Shown piece after piece: positions 25,983 to 35,434 of a DNA stretch of 38,344 nt. The stretch's first letter is position 1; each line of letters begins with the position of its first letter. The DNA is from Promethearchaeota archaeon (lineage in GTDB: Archaea; Asgardarchaeota; Lokiarchaeia; Sigyniarchaeales; SOKP01). The position numbers and the translations under genes are program-made. Under the pieces are notes generated by a model that was given only the letters and a program-made list of their open reading frames with translations, searched no databases and was not told the DNA's origin. Where the stretch lies: the NCBI GenBank assembly GCA_011364925.1, contig RDOA01000035.1, forward strand, positions 1 through 38,344. The letters run 5' to 3'.

Positions 25983-27779
25983 ATGAGTTTATTTAATCTT
26001 ATTACAGATATCGTTCTGCATCCTTGGTTTATCATTTCATTGACCTTTTGGATTGTCGTGCTCATACTTGTTCTTACATTAAAAAATAAAAAGGAAGCAT
26101 ACAGCTTTTTTTTTCCGTTATTAATCATGTTTAGAACAAAAAAGCTTAACCATTTTATTAGAAGAATCTCCAAAAAAGCCCCACGATTTTGGCGCACATT
26201 TTGGAACATAGGGATTTTCATATCTTTTGGATTTACAATATTTGGTTTTTTTTTCTTTTATATAAACATAGTCCAATTGTTTGTTAAGCCAAGTCCGGGA
26301 AATGTAATTACTCCTCTCATTCCGGGAGTTACTATCGATCTACCCACTTTATTTTATATAATTTTACCTTTATTGTTTATTGTGACTACTCACGAGTTTG
26401 CACACGGGATTTCTGCTAATGTTGATGGAGTAGAAGTTAAATCAACAGGAGTTATGGGCGTAGGAGTTTTCTATTTAATTGGATTTGGTGCATTCGTTGA
26501 AGTTGATGAAAGAGAGTTAAGATCATCAAAATATCATAGAAATACTCGCTTAAGAATTGCAGCAGCAGGGACTTTTGTAAACGCAATAACCGCGGGTATT
26601 GCACTGTTATTATTAATAAGTTATCCACTTTTAGTCTCTCCTCAATATACTCAAGTAATCCAAATTGGCAGCGTGTTACCTGCTCAAGAAGGAGGTTTTA
26701 ACCAAGGGAACCTTGAACCTTTCGATGCTATTATCGCTATAAAACACTCGACGGACCCTGATACTGATTTCCTCGCTTTGGACTTAAACCAAGGCATTGG
26801 TCTTACTTCAGTGCTAAACAACAACACAAGAATAAAAGTCTCCATAGGTGATAATTTAACATTTGGAACGTATAATCCCACAACTGATATTTATTCAAAG
26901 AAAAATGTAACCCTAGGACCTCGCTATGACCTAGGAATCCGTTACAAATATTTCACAAATGGTACGGGAATAGAAATCACTTATAACTATACAAGTGATT
27001 CTAAAACTAGTATCTTAATTACTCATGTCAATGGAACAGCTATAAATAGGACAGGTGGTGCCACCTTGGAGTTGATGTTGACTAATTTTAACTTAAAAGG
27101 TCTTAATTTAACCTCTAATCTTGGTAAGGATTATATTTTAGATGTTGAGGCCGTAGGAGTATTTTTAGGTGTGACAAACACTTATTATTGGCTGCCTAAA
27201 ACGGATTTAGCTAAATTCTTTACCAGTAGTTGGCCAGATTTTTGGCTAAAAGAATTAATTTGGCTTTTTATGATATCACTTTCAATAACTTTGTTTAACA
27301 TGATGCCTGTACCTATATTTGATGGCGATCGATTCCTAAAGGAGTTATTAGATTGGAAAATTGGGTTCGATTACAGCTCTAAAAGGAAGAAAAAGGATCG
27401 ATTGATCTATAGAGGCGAAGATACTGATTGCAAGCTAACAGAATATCGAGTGGAAGGAGTAGAATCCGTGAAAATAATATTAAAAGACGCTCAGAAAGGA
27501 GATCCAAATAGTGAGATCATCGTAGGAAGAGATAACTATGAACTTGTTGACAAAATAGGAGATGGATTCAAAGACACTGTAGTAGTCAATTTACCGGAAA
27601 CCGCAACGCTCAAAAAAGGTTCCATATTTGAAGTTACTTACGAATATTGGCATGACGACAAACGAAAAATCAAGAGCATTATAATAAATACTATAAGAAT
27701 TATAACAACAGTGGTCATCATTGGGAACTTCGTATTATCTTTTATAAATTTCGGATTTGGTTTTCCTCTGATTCAATAA
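25983..27779 (+). CDS. Site-2 protease (peptidase M50) with large extracytoplasmic insert
   Basis: HEFAH, GAFVE, RIAAAG..N and NMMPVPIFDG motifs; multiple transmembrane segments. Confidence 0.92.
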   Translation: MSLFNLITDIVLHPWFIISLTFWIVVLILVLTLKNKKEAYSFFFPLLIMFRTKKLNHFIRRISKKAPRFWRTFWNIGIFISFGFTIFGFFFFYINIVQLFVKPSPGNVITPLIPGVTIDLPTLFYIILPLLFIVTTHEFAHGISANVDGVEVKSTGVMGVGVFYLIGFGAFVEVDERELRSSKYHRNTRLRIAAAGTFVNAITAGIALLLLISYPLLVSPQYTQVIQIGSVLPAQEGGFNQGNLEPFDAIIAIKHSTDPDTDFLALDLNQGIGLTSVLNNNTRIKVSIGDNLTFGTYNPTTDIYSKKNVTLGPRYDLGIRYKYFTNGTGIEITYNYTSDSKTSILITHVNGTAINRTGGATLELMLTNFNLKGLNLTSNLGKDYILDVEAVGVFLGVTNTYYWLPKTDLAKFFTSSWPDFWLKELIWLFMISLSITLFNMMPVPIFDGDRFLKELLDWKIGFDYSSKRKKKDRLIYRGEDTDCKLTEYRVEGVESVKIILKDAQKGDPNSEIIVGRDNYELVDKIGDGFKDTVVVNLPETATLKKGSIFEVTYEYWHDDKRKIKSIIINTIRIITTVVIIGNFVLSFINFGFGFPLIQ

Positions 27780-27831
27780 TCATATCGATGTGATCTTCAT
27801 AAACAATCTTAATAACACCTATAAAGTTTTT

Positions 27832-28791
27832 ATGAAAACTGCTTCTTGCGACTATTGTAAATCTAAAACTATCGTTGTTCATAGAAAATACTCTGGTGAG
27901 TTAATTTGTACCAATTGTTTTACAACTAGAATCGAGAAAAACATCTCCCAAACAATTTCTAAATATAAAATGCTAAAGCCTCACGATAAAATCGTTGCTG
28001 CAATTTCTGGAGGAAAAGATTCTCTTGCGTTACTTTACAATCTGATTAAAATTCAAGAAAAGAATTACCGTTCAAAACCGATTACAGCAATCACCATAGA
28101 TGAGGGGATTTATAATTACAGGAGCGAAAGCATTAAAAACGCGACTGAATTTTGTAAAAAGCATGATATCGAACACATAGTCGTATCCTTTAAAGAACAG
28201 CTTGGCAAAACTTTAGACGAAATAGTCGAATTTAAAAAGAACACACCAGAATATAAATACGCATGCAATTTTTGCGCAACTTTTAGAAGAAGATTGTTGA
28301 ACGAAACGGCAAAACTACTAAAAGCTGATGTTCTCGCGATGGGGCATAACTTAACCGATATGGCGGAAACATTTCTAATGAACATTCTATTCAAAAGGTT
28401 TAGATTAATAGCTAACCAATATATATTTAAAGAAGAGCGTACAGAAATAGAAAAATTTTTCGTGAAGAGGATTACTCCTCTAATGAAAATTCCGGAGGAG
28501 GAAATTTATCTATATTCAAACTTGAAAAAGTTAGAGTATTACCCATCGCACTGTCCTTATAGAGAACAAGATCCCATTTTGAGAAAAAGGGTTCTTGATT
28601 TCATCCAAGAATGCAAAAAATTAAGCCCTGAGATCGAATTCAATTTACTAAATGGCTTTTTAGAGATGTCAGAAATCTTCTTTAATAACTATTCATCAAG
28701 CTCTTATAGAACATGTAATGAATGTGGATATCCTTGCGGTAATACGGGCATGTGTCTCTACTGCTCTTACTTAAAAGGGATAAAAGAATAA
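27832..28791 (+). CDS. TtuA/Ncs6(Ctu1)-family tRNA 2-thiolation protein
   Basis: N- and C-terminal Zn fingers, SGGKDS, IDEGI, CNFCATFRR, GHNLTD and CPY motifs. ATG 27832 preferred. Confidence 0.9.
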   Translation: MKTASCDYCKSKTIVVHRKYSGELICTNCFTTRIEKNISQTISKYKMLKPHDKIVAAISGGKDSLALLYNLIKIQEKNYRSKPITAITIDEGIYNYRSESIKNATEFCKKHDIEHIVVSFKEQLGKTLDEIVEFKKNTPEYKYACNFCATFRRRLLNETAKLLKADVLAMGHNLTDMAETFLMNILFKRFRLIANQYIFKEERTEIEKFFVKRITPLMKIPEEEIYLYSNLKKLEYYPSHCPYREQDPILRKRVLDFIQECKKLSPEIEFNLLNGFLEMSEIFFNNYSSSSYRTCNECGYPCGNTGMCLYCSYLKGIKE

Positions 28792-28793
28792 GG

Positions 28794-29777
28794 TTAAGTT
28801 ATTAAATAATTTCCAAACTCCTTCAATTTTTCGTATTCTCTGACTTCTTCCCGGAAAAGTGGTACTTCAATTATATTCTTTTTGAATCCTTGTTCAAAAG
28901 TTTCCTTAATTTTTTCTAAATTACGATGTTGCATCTTTCGCCTAGAGATACAAAAATCACATAAATCATCTACATCTTGATATAGATTGTTTACAACAAC
29001 ATTCGAGACAGGAATATTATATTTATACAATTCGTTTAAGAGACGACCCGTCTCTGAAATCGCCATTTCTTCTGGGATCATAACCACTACAAAGGAATTT
29101 TTCGTGGGGTCAGTAAGATCGTCCCTTGCTTTGACAATAGATTCTTTTAAGCGTTCGAGTACTTCTAACGAATTATCTTTCTTTCTTTCCGTACTCGTAA
29201 ACAAGCTCTTCATTAATCCCATAAGACTTCCTAGCTTTAATCTCATTTTCAACAATTTACCAATCCATCCTGATAATGTTTCCGGTAAGCTTAAAAACCT
29301 TAGTGTATGACCTGTTGGAGCTGTATCGAATATTACTAAATCGTAATCATGCTCAGTTTCAATAAACTCAAGAACCTTCAATAAAGCAAAAGCTTCGTCG
29401 ATACCGGGAGGGCTCATAGTTGCCATTTCTTGTATATCTTCCATTAAAGGCATACCACCCATCAAATCGGGCATATCGCTTCCTTCCAAGGGATTTATAG
29501 TTGTAAGCCCCTTGTACTCTGAAAAATCCGCTTTTGGATCTATCTCCAAGGCGGTTAAATTCTTAACTCCTGGCACTGGTGTTGCCTCACCCGCGGGAAG
29601 CTCGATTCCAAGACTATCTCCGAGCGAATGAGCGGGATCTGTACTTATAATTAAGGTATTTCGTCCGTGCTCAGCAGCCCAAATAGCAGCACTCGAAGCA
29701 CATGTGGTTTTTCCTACACCTCCCTTGCCTCCAAACATAATCATATTGAGTGATAATAACATCTCTCTTAAAGACAT
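28794..29777 (-). CDS. ArsA/Get3 (TRC40)-family ATPase
   Basis: GGKGGVGKTT, STDPAHSLGD, PGIDE, DTAPTGHTLRFL and CDFC; single domain. Confidence 0.93.
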   Translation of the reverse strand: MSLREMLLSLNMIMFGGKGGVGKTTCASSAAIWAAEHGRNTLIISTDPAHSLGDSLGIELPAGEATPVPGVKNLTALEIDPKADFSEYKGLTTINPLEGSDMPDLMGGMPLMEDIQEMATMSPPGIDEAFALLKVLEFIETEHDYDLVIFDTAPTGHTLRFLSLPETLSGWIGKLLKMRLKLGSLMGLMKSLFTSTERKKDNSLEVLERLKESIVKARDDLTDPTKNSFVVVMIPEEMAISETGRLLNELYKYNIPVSNVVVNNLYQDVDDLCDFCISRRKMQHRNLEKIKETFEQGFKKNIIEVPLFREEVREYEKLKEFGNYLIT

Positions 29778-29843
29778 AATTAAATTTTCCTTATAATCTG
29801 CTTTTATGATATGAAAATGAAATATTTTTTATGTAAAATAATT

Positions 29844-31130
29844 CTAATAAGTTAATTTAAAGCGTAATATTCCGACAATCCCTCCAAAGGTACTATATAA
29901 TGCTTCTCCTGACTCTGTTTGGGGAGATATAATCACAACTTCTGTTCCTACAGTTTCTGCGATAGCACCTAACTCTTCAATTAAAGAAATGGTATCTGAA
30001 ATACTAAACGAATTAGAACTGCACTCTGGACATACTTCCTCTTGAATTGATGACTCTAATTTATCTAAATCCGATTCTTTAGTAATCCGATGTTCTTGAT
30101 ATCCACAATTAGCGCATTCTACAGTCACTTTGTACGTGTCTAACTTTTCAGAGAGGATAAGTAAATCAACAGCACCGATATTTAATGCTTTTTGTACCTC
30201 TGTTTGACCATATACTGCCATTCCAGTGTCATTAGAGATTTCTTTATAAAATCTGTCCATTACTTCTTTTTCCTTAATATATTTTACGTTCGCGATTTTA
30301 TCTTTTACTCTATCAACTAAAGCTCTAATTCCTTCTGATCCACCATATCCAAGATCCACTACATCAATAATTTTCTCTCGAAGACGATAGTCAAGACTCT
30401 CATCATTAACAAACTTATCTTTTGATTGACCCGGGCCACCTATAAAAATTCCTTCTAAATCATCCATATCTAAATATAATTTGTTAACATCTTCTGATAT
30501 TCTCCTATAAAACGCTTTTTCACCTTCTTCGATTAATCGTTCGAATCTTCTCTGGGACTGACCTCCTGCACTAAATTTTCCATGTATCCCTGAAGTAAAT
30601 TCCCTTATTATCTCAATTTGGGTTCCACGAATAAAGCCAACAGCCGCTTCAGCTCTACCAACAACTATTAGACCATATGTTTCTTTTGGGCTCAACATTT
30701 CTTCCAAAGGTTCCAAATAGAATTCACTCGCACATCGATATCTAAAAGTTATTACTTTTTCTGGAGGATTTATAATATATAATTCATTCTTTTCAGTGCC
30801 TGGTGTATTGTTCTGAGGAATCGCCCCGGAAAACATAACTAATCCATTTTCTGGGACTTCATTTATATTCTTAAGCTGTCCTAACAAACTAGCGATGCTA
30901 TCCAATACATTTTTTCTTGTTAACTTTGATTTTATGTTTTGACTCTCACTAACTTCGTTCTTTAAATGATTGGTAACATCTGAAATTTTGCGATCATGTG
31001 GAATATAAACTGAAACTAACTCAGTATGAAACCCTCTTTTTTTCCTTAACTTATCTAAAACCTTTTTCGTATGATATAATTGTAAGTCTTTGCTCTTCTT
31101 TTCTTGCTTCGAACTCATATTAATCAACAA
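29844..31130 (-). CDS. prf1: Peptide chain release factor aRF1
   Basis: TELVSVYIP, NIKS, YRCASEF, GGQSQRRF and FGGIVGILRF motifs. Confidence 0.97.
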   Translation of the reverse strand: MLINMSSKQEKKSKDLQLYHTKKVLDKLRKKRGFHTELVSVYIPHDRKISDVTNHLKNEVSESQNIKSKLTRKNVLDSIASLLGQLKNINEVPENGLVMFSGAIPQNNTPGTEKNELYIINPPEKVITFRYRCASEFYLEPLEEMLSPKETYGLIVVGRAEAAVGFIRGTQIEIIREFTSGIHGKFSAGGQSQRRFERLIEEGEKAFYRRISEDVNKLYLDMDDLEGIFIGGPGQSKDKFVNDESLDYRLREKIIDVVDLGYGGSEGIRALVDRVKDKIANVKYIKEKEVMDRFYKEISNDTGMAVYGQTEVQKALNIGAVDLLILSEKLDTYKVTVECANCGYQEHRITKESDLDKLESSIQEEVCPECSSNSFSISDTISLIEELGAIAETVGTEVVIISPQTESGEALYSTFGGIVGILRFKLTY

Positions 31131-31211
31131 ACTTTTAAAGGTTGCAAAAAATTAATAGTTTTTGTTTATTTAAAACTATATAAACCGCAAGTTAATTAAA
31201 ATGGGATAAAA

Positions 31212-32015
31212 ATGAGCTTGAATAATACTATTAATGACGAAGTTCCCTTGGATCACCCTCGCTATGAAAGCTTAAAACATAGACATGAAATCATTGAAGG
31301 GATGAAAAAATTAATCGTTGCTGAAGCAGGACTTATCGCCCACGGAAGAGGAGAATGCTTTGATTATATATTAGGAGAATCAACTAGTGAAAACGCAAAA
31401 GAAGCTATAAAGGCTGCCATCGCGCTACTATATCACGCGAAACATCCAGTTATAAGTGTTAATGGCAATACTGTTGCTTTATGCCCTAAAACGTTAGTAG
31501 AATTATCGAAGATTATAAATGCACCTTTAGAGATTAACTTATTTTATAGAAAAGAGGGAAGAATAGAAGCAATTAAGAAAGTTTTAGAGGATGCGGGAGC
31601 TGAAAAGATACTCGGCATTGACGATACAAATATGGTCGAAATAGGAGAATTAACTAGTAATAGAAGAAATGTCGATCCTAACGGCATCAAAATCGCTGAT
31701 GTTGTATTTGTCCCTCTAGAAGATGGAGATAGAACCGAAGCCTTAAAAAAAATCGGAAAAAAAGTAGTTGCAGTCGACTTAAATCCAATCAGTAGGACAT
31801 CCTTATGGGCGGATATAACCATCGTAGATAACATTGTAAGAACATTGCCAGAAATGATTAAAATTGCTAAAAAGTTTAAAAACACTGAAGAAGAAAAATT
31901 AAAGAAGATTCTTGATAAGTTTGATAATAAAAAGAATATTCAAGCTTCTCTAAATACAATAATTGAATATATTAAAAAACAAAAAAAAGATGCTTTCAAA
32001 ATCTTAAAAAATTGA
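31212..32015 (+). CDS. 4-phosphopantoate--beta-alanine ligase (phosphopantothenate synthetase)
   Basis: HPRYESL, GLIAHGRGECFDY, PVISVNGN, VPLEDGDR and DLNPISRT motifs. Confidence 0.95.
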   Translation: MSLNNTINDEVPLDHPRYESLKHRHEIIEGMKKLIVAEAGLIAHGRGECFDYILGESTSENAKEAIKAAIALLYHAKHPVISVNGNTVALCPKTLVELSKIINAPLEINLFYRKEGRIEAIKKVLEDAGAEKILGIDDTNMVEIGELTSNRRNVDPNGIKIADVVFVPLEDGDRTEALKKIGKKVVAVDLNPISRTSLWADITIVDNIVRTLPEMIKIAKKFKNTEEEKLKKILDKFDNKKNIQASLNTIIEYIKKQKKDAFKILKN

Positions 32016-32119
32016 ATTTAAAGCATTTTTCCATTTAAAAAAGCTTAAAAAGTCATAAAACAATATTTTAATTAACAATTGTTTTAAAGTCAAGAACAAA
32101 AATTCGAGCTTATGCGATT

Positions 32120-32644
32120 ATGGGTACAGACAAAGAGACGCGTATTAATTATTCTGACAACATCAGTGATAACAAGCCTATAATCATAAGGAGATGCACT
32201 TTAGAGGACCTAGAAGCCGTTATCGATGTAAACGAAAGAGAATTACCGGAAGATTATCCCTATTTTTTCTATAAAAGCATATTGGATAATTACCCTGAAT
32301 CTTTCCTTGTAGCTTGCGATGATACCGGAAAGGTCATTGGATACATTATGTGGAGAGTTGAAAAAACTCCCGCAATACACAGTTTAAAGCTAATTAATAA
32401 AGGGCATCTCGTGTCTATAGCAGTATTAAAAGATTTTAGACGCCTAGGAGTCGCTACAGCCTTATTAAACAATTCTATGAAAAGTGTTAAAAAACATAAG
32501 ATACACGAGTTTGTTCTTGAAGTTAGAGTAAGTAATTATTCAGCGATAAATTTGTATAAGAAGTTTAATTTTACTACTAACAGTATAAAGGATAGATATT
32601 ATCGAGATGGAGAAAACGCCTATTTCATGACTCTAAAACCATAA
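32120..32644 (+). CDS. Ard1/RimI-type N-terminal acetyltransferase
   Basis: LPEDY, GHLVSIAV...RRLGVA, LEVRVSN..AINLY and YYRDGENAY motifs. Confidence 0.92.
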   Translation: MGTDKETRINYSDNISDNKPIIIRRCTLEDLEAVIDVNERELPEDYPYFFYKSILDNYPESFLVACDDTGKVIGYIMWRVEKTPAIHSLKLINKGHLVSIAVLKDFRRLGVATALLNNSMKSVKKHKIHEFVLEVRVSNYSAINLYKKFNFTTNSIKDRYYRDGENAYFMTLKP

Positions 32645-32649
32645 TCTCA

Positions 32650-33627
32650 CTACTCGAACGATTTCTCTAAACTTTTTACTAAAAAAGTCAATAACTCGTT
32701 TGCTGGGACTCTAATCCCTAAATCTTTAGCAAATTCTACAATTTTCCCGTTTAGAAAGTCGATTTCTGTAGGTTTACCCTTTAAAACATCTTGTAACATA
32801 GAGTTTTTATTGTCATATGTCCTTTCAGCAACCGAATACATAAGATCACAATAATTTCTATCTGAAAGGTTAATGCCTTTTAATTTTGCTACTTCTAAAG
32901 CTTCCTCAACAGTTCTACACATAAGTCGCTTCAAATCCTCGTTTTCTAAAAGCTGACCGTTCTTTAAGCGAGTTAGGGCACCTAACGCGTTTATTCCTAT
33001 GTTAACAAATGCCTTCTCCCAAGAACATCGACCTATATCTTCTACAATTTCAGTTTTTATTCCTCCCTTTTCCAATAATCTTTTGAATTGATGTAAATTC
33101 TCTTGAGATTGGGTAGGGAACGCAAATCCAATTTTTGTAAATCCTACACCCGTATGGGATACCACACCCGGGTTCTTAATCAGCGCACCATGCGATGTAA
33201 TAATTCTTATAATTTTGTTCTCACCGCAATTCTCTCTCACTTTTTCTTCGTTCCCTAATCCGTTTTGTAAAATTACTAACCAATGACACGACTTAACAAG
33301 TTCCTTGTATTCGATTAGTGCAGCTTCGCTATCGTACGCTTTAGTCGTTAAGAAGAGATAATCAAATTGATATTTTCTATTATTACCATCAACCTTGCTA
33401 AATTCTTCCATACTCTCATAAGCTTGAATATTAGGTAATAATGATTTTTTGTTAGTAGCGATTAATTCCAATCCATCCTTATTAATTGCGTCTCTATGAT
33501 CCTTTCTACAAAAAAATATAACCTTTAATGGATTCTCATCAGTATGAATTGAAGCAAGATAACCTCCAAATAAACTCCCAATAGATCCCGCTCCAATAAT
33601 GCCTATTTTCAACAATTCTCGGTTCAA
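32650..33627 (-). CDS. panE: 2-dehydropantoate 2-reductase
   Basis: GAGSIG, TKAYD, LQNGLG, WEK..VN..IN and NSMLQD...TEIDFLNG motifs. Confidence 0.93.
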   Translation of the reverse strand: MNRELLKIGIIGAGSIGSLFGGYLASIHTDENPLKVIFFCRKDHRDAINKDGLELIATNKKSLLPNIQAYESMEEFSKVDGNNRKYQFDYLFLTTKAYDSEAALIEYKELVKSCHWLVILQNGLGNEEKVRENCGENKIIRIITSHGALIKNPGVVSHTGVGFTKIGFAFPTQSQENLHQFKRLLEKGGIKTEIVEDIGRCSWEKAFVNIGINALGALTRLKNGQLLENEDLKRLMCRTVEEALEVAKLKGINLSDRNYCDLMYSVAERTYDNKNSMLQDVLKGKPTEIDFLNGKIVEFAKDLGIRVPANELLTFLVKSLEKSFE

Positions 33628-33692
33628 ACTCGAAAAAACTCTCCCTACTGATAAATGCGATCTGTGGATAATTTATAAGGTAAATTATTGGT

Positions 33693-34583
33693 TTAATTTA
33701 AAAATTTATCTAAGCCCGTTTGACCCGCTGAATAGGTTCCAGCTTTTTTCTTGATATCTAATAGGCTTACTTTATTAGGCTCGTTCCGCGGCTCTACATC
33801 TAATTCTCTCATCATCATTAAGGAATTTTTAGCTGCATATCCCGAAAAATGATTATTAAAATAAATTCCTACTCGATCGGTTCTATCTATTACTTCTTTA
33901 ATTGAAACAGCCCATTTTCTAATTTCTTCTCCCTTAAAAAAGTAATCAAACCAAATCTGTTTCCCATACCCGTGAAATCGTATATACGCAAGTTTTGGGT
34001 TTGTAATATCCATTCTAGGTGGTAATAAAGGTTCGATTACAGCACAATAAGTAAGTTCCTTCTTCTTCAGATAGTTAAAAACCTCGTCGTCCATCCAGGA
34101 TAAATGTCGGAACTCTAAAATTAAGTGATACCCCTCACTTTTCGGATTTCCCGGCCAATGTCGAATGAATTCTTTTAAAATACCAAAATGGTCAACCTTA
34201 TTAAAAGATGGCGGTAGCTGTATTAAAAAACCTAATAGTTTCTCAGACTTCATCAAAGGTTCCATCGCACCTAAAAATATGTCTAAATCATGTGAACATA
34301 AATCAACATCTAGCTTATTTTCGTGAGTTATCGACTTGAAAACTTTTGCAGTGAACAAAAAATCAGACGGGGTTTTATCTACCCAACTCTTTATAGTCCA
34401 CCTGGAAGGAATATTATAGAAAGTAGTGTTTATCTCATTCGTGTAAAAAATCTCCGAGTAGTAGGAAAGGTAATCTTCCTTCTTCAGACTTTTAGGGTAA
34501 AAAGGACCAACCCACTCATCGTAACCCCAACCAGAAGTCCCGATTAACACCTTGTTTTTCATGCTTCGCAAATTAAAAATCAA
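33693..34583 (-). CDS. DUF72 (YecE/UPF0759) protein
   Basis: IGTSGWGY..W...FYP, EINTTFY, LIQLPPSF, EFRH.SW, YIRFHG and YFNNH motifs. Confidence 0.92.
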   Translation of the reverse strand: MIFNLRSMKNKVLIGTSGWGYDEWVGPFYPKSLKKEDYLSYYSEIFYTNEINTTFYNIPSRWTIKSWVDKTPSDFLFTAKVFKSITHENKLDVDLCSHDLDIFLGAMEPLMKSEKLLGFLIQLPPSFNKVDHFGILKEFIRHWPGNPKSEGYHLILEFRHLSWMDDEVFNYLKKKELTYCAVIEPLLPPRMDITNPKLAYIRFHGYGKQIWFDYFFKGEEIRKWAVSIKEVIDRTDRVGIYFNNHFSGYAAKNSLMMMRELDVEPRNEPNKVSLLDIKKKAGTYSAGQTGLDKFLN

Positions 34584-34721
34584 CTTGAATTAAGATAAGA
34601 TGAATATTAAAGATAGTTTTGTTAGTTTTTTAAAATGAAAGTGAGTCAAAGTATTATAAATCCAATTCAATATTAAATTCATAACTTTTTTTAAAATCTA
34701 ATTGAACATGATGTATTATAT

Positions 34722-35279
34722 CTATACTACTCCCTTGAACTTAAATTCCTCTTCAGAAATAATACTAGTTGGACCGGTTTTAAACTCAACCGTCCATATG
34801 GATTGAGCTTCGACATAGAAGGGTGCTCCCATTTCCATCTTAATATCTTCCTTAGCAATCTCAATCGCTTCTTCAACTTTATTTAAAGGAACATCTGTAG
34901 CAAGAGTGGAATGAGGAACCCATGTTTGAGGGTCATCTTCAGCTTGAAAATCCTCAAAAAGCTCAAAAATTTTTTGTTGAATATCCAAAAGTTCGTTATT
35001 TGTCTTAGGATTGAGAAAGATTACGCTTTCCTCTGAAGAGAAAAAGCCAAAACTGCTAAATTGTATTCTAAATGGATTAGTTTTAATACAAAATTGCTTT
35101 AATCTCACTGTTGCTACTTGTAGATCGATATTTTCGTAGGAAGTAAGGGTTATATGCGGTACTACTAACTCATAATACGAATTGAATTTACTCTCTTTAA
35201 GTTTTCTGTGAACACGATTCAAAACTGATGTGCTCTCGTCATCAAATCCTAAAATTATTGCGACTGGCATAGTTATCAT
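34722..35279 (-). CDS. 2H phosphoesterase (2'-5' RNA ligase superfamily)
   Basis: Two HxT motifs, PHITL and PHSTL. Confidence 0.88.
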   Translation of the reverse strand: MITMPVAIILGFDDESTSVLNRVHRKLKESKFNSYYELVVPHITLTSYENIDLQVATVRLKQFCIKTNPFRIQFSSFGFFSSEESVIFLNPKTNNELLDIQQKIFELFEDFQAEDDPQTWVPHSTLATDVPLNKVEEAIEIAKEDIKMEMGAPFYVEAQSIWTVEFKTGPTSIISEEEFKFKGVV

Positions 35280-35434
35280 TCTTTTAAGGTTTTATAAAAC
35301 TTTTATAATTCTTCTCTAACTAAATATTTAATTGAAAAAGTTTAAATAATTCTCTCATCTAATATTAAACTGGCTTCGAATCTAAAATATTTCCGTCCCA
35401 AATTAAATCCAATACTTAAAAAAGATGAATATTA

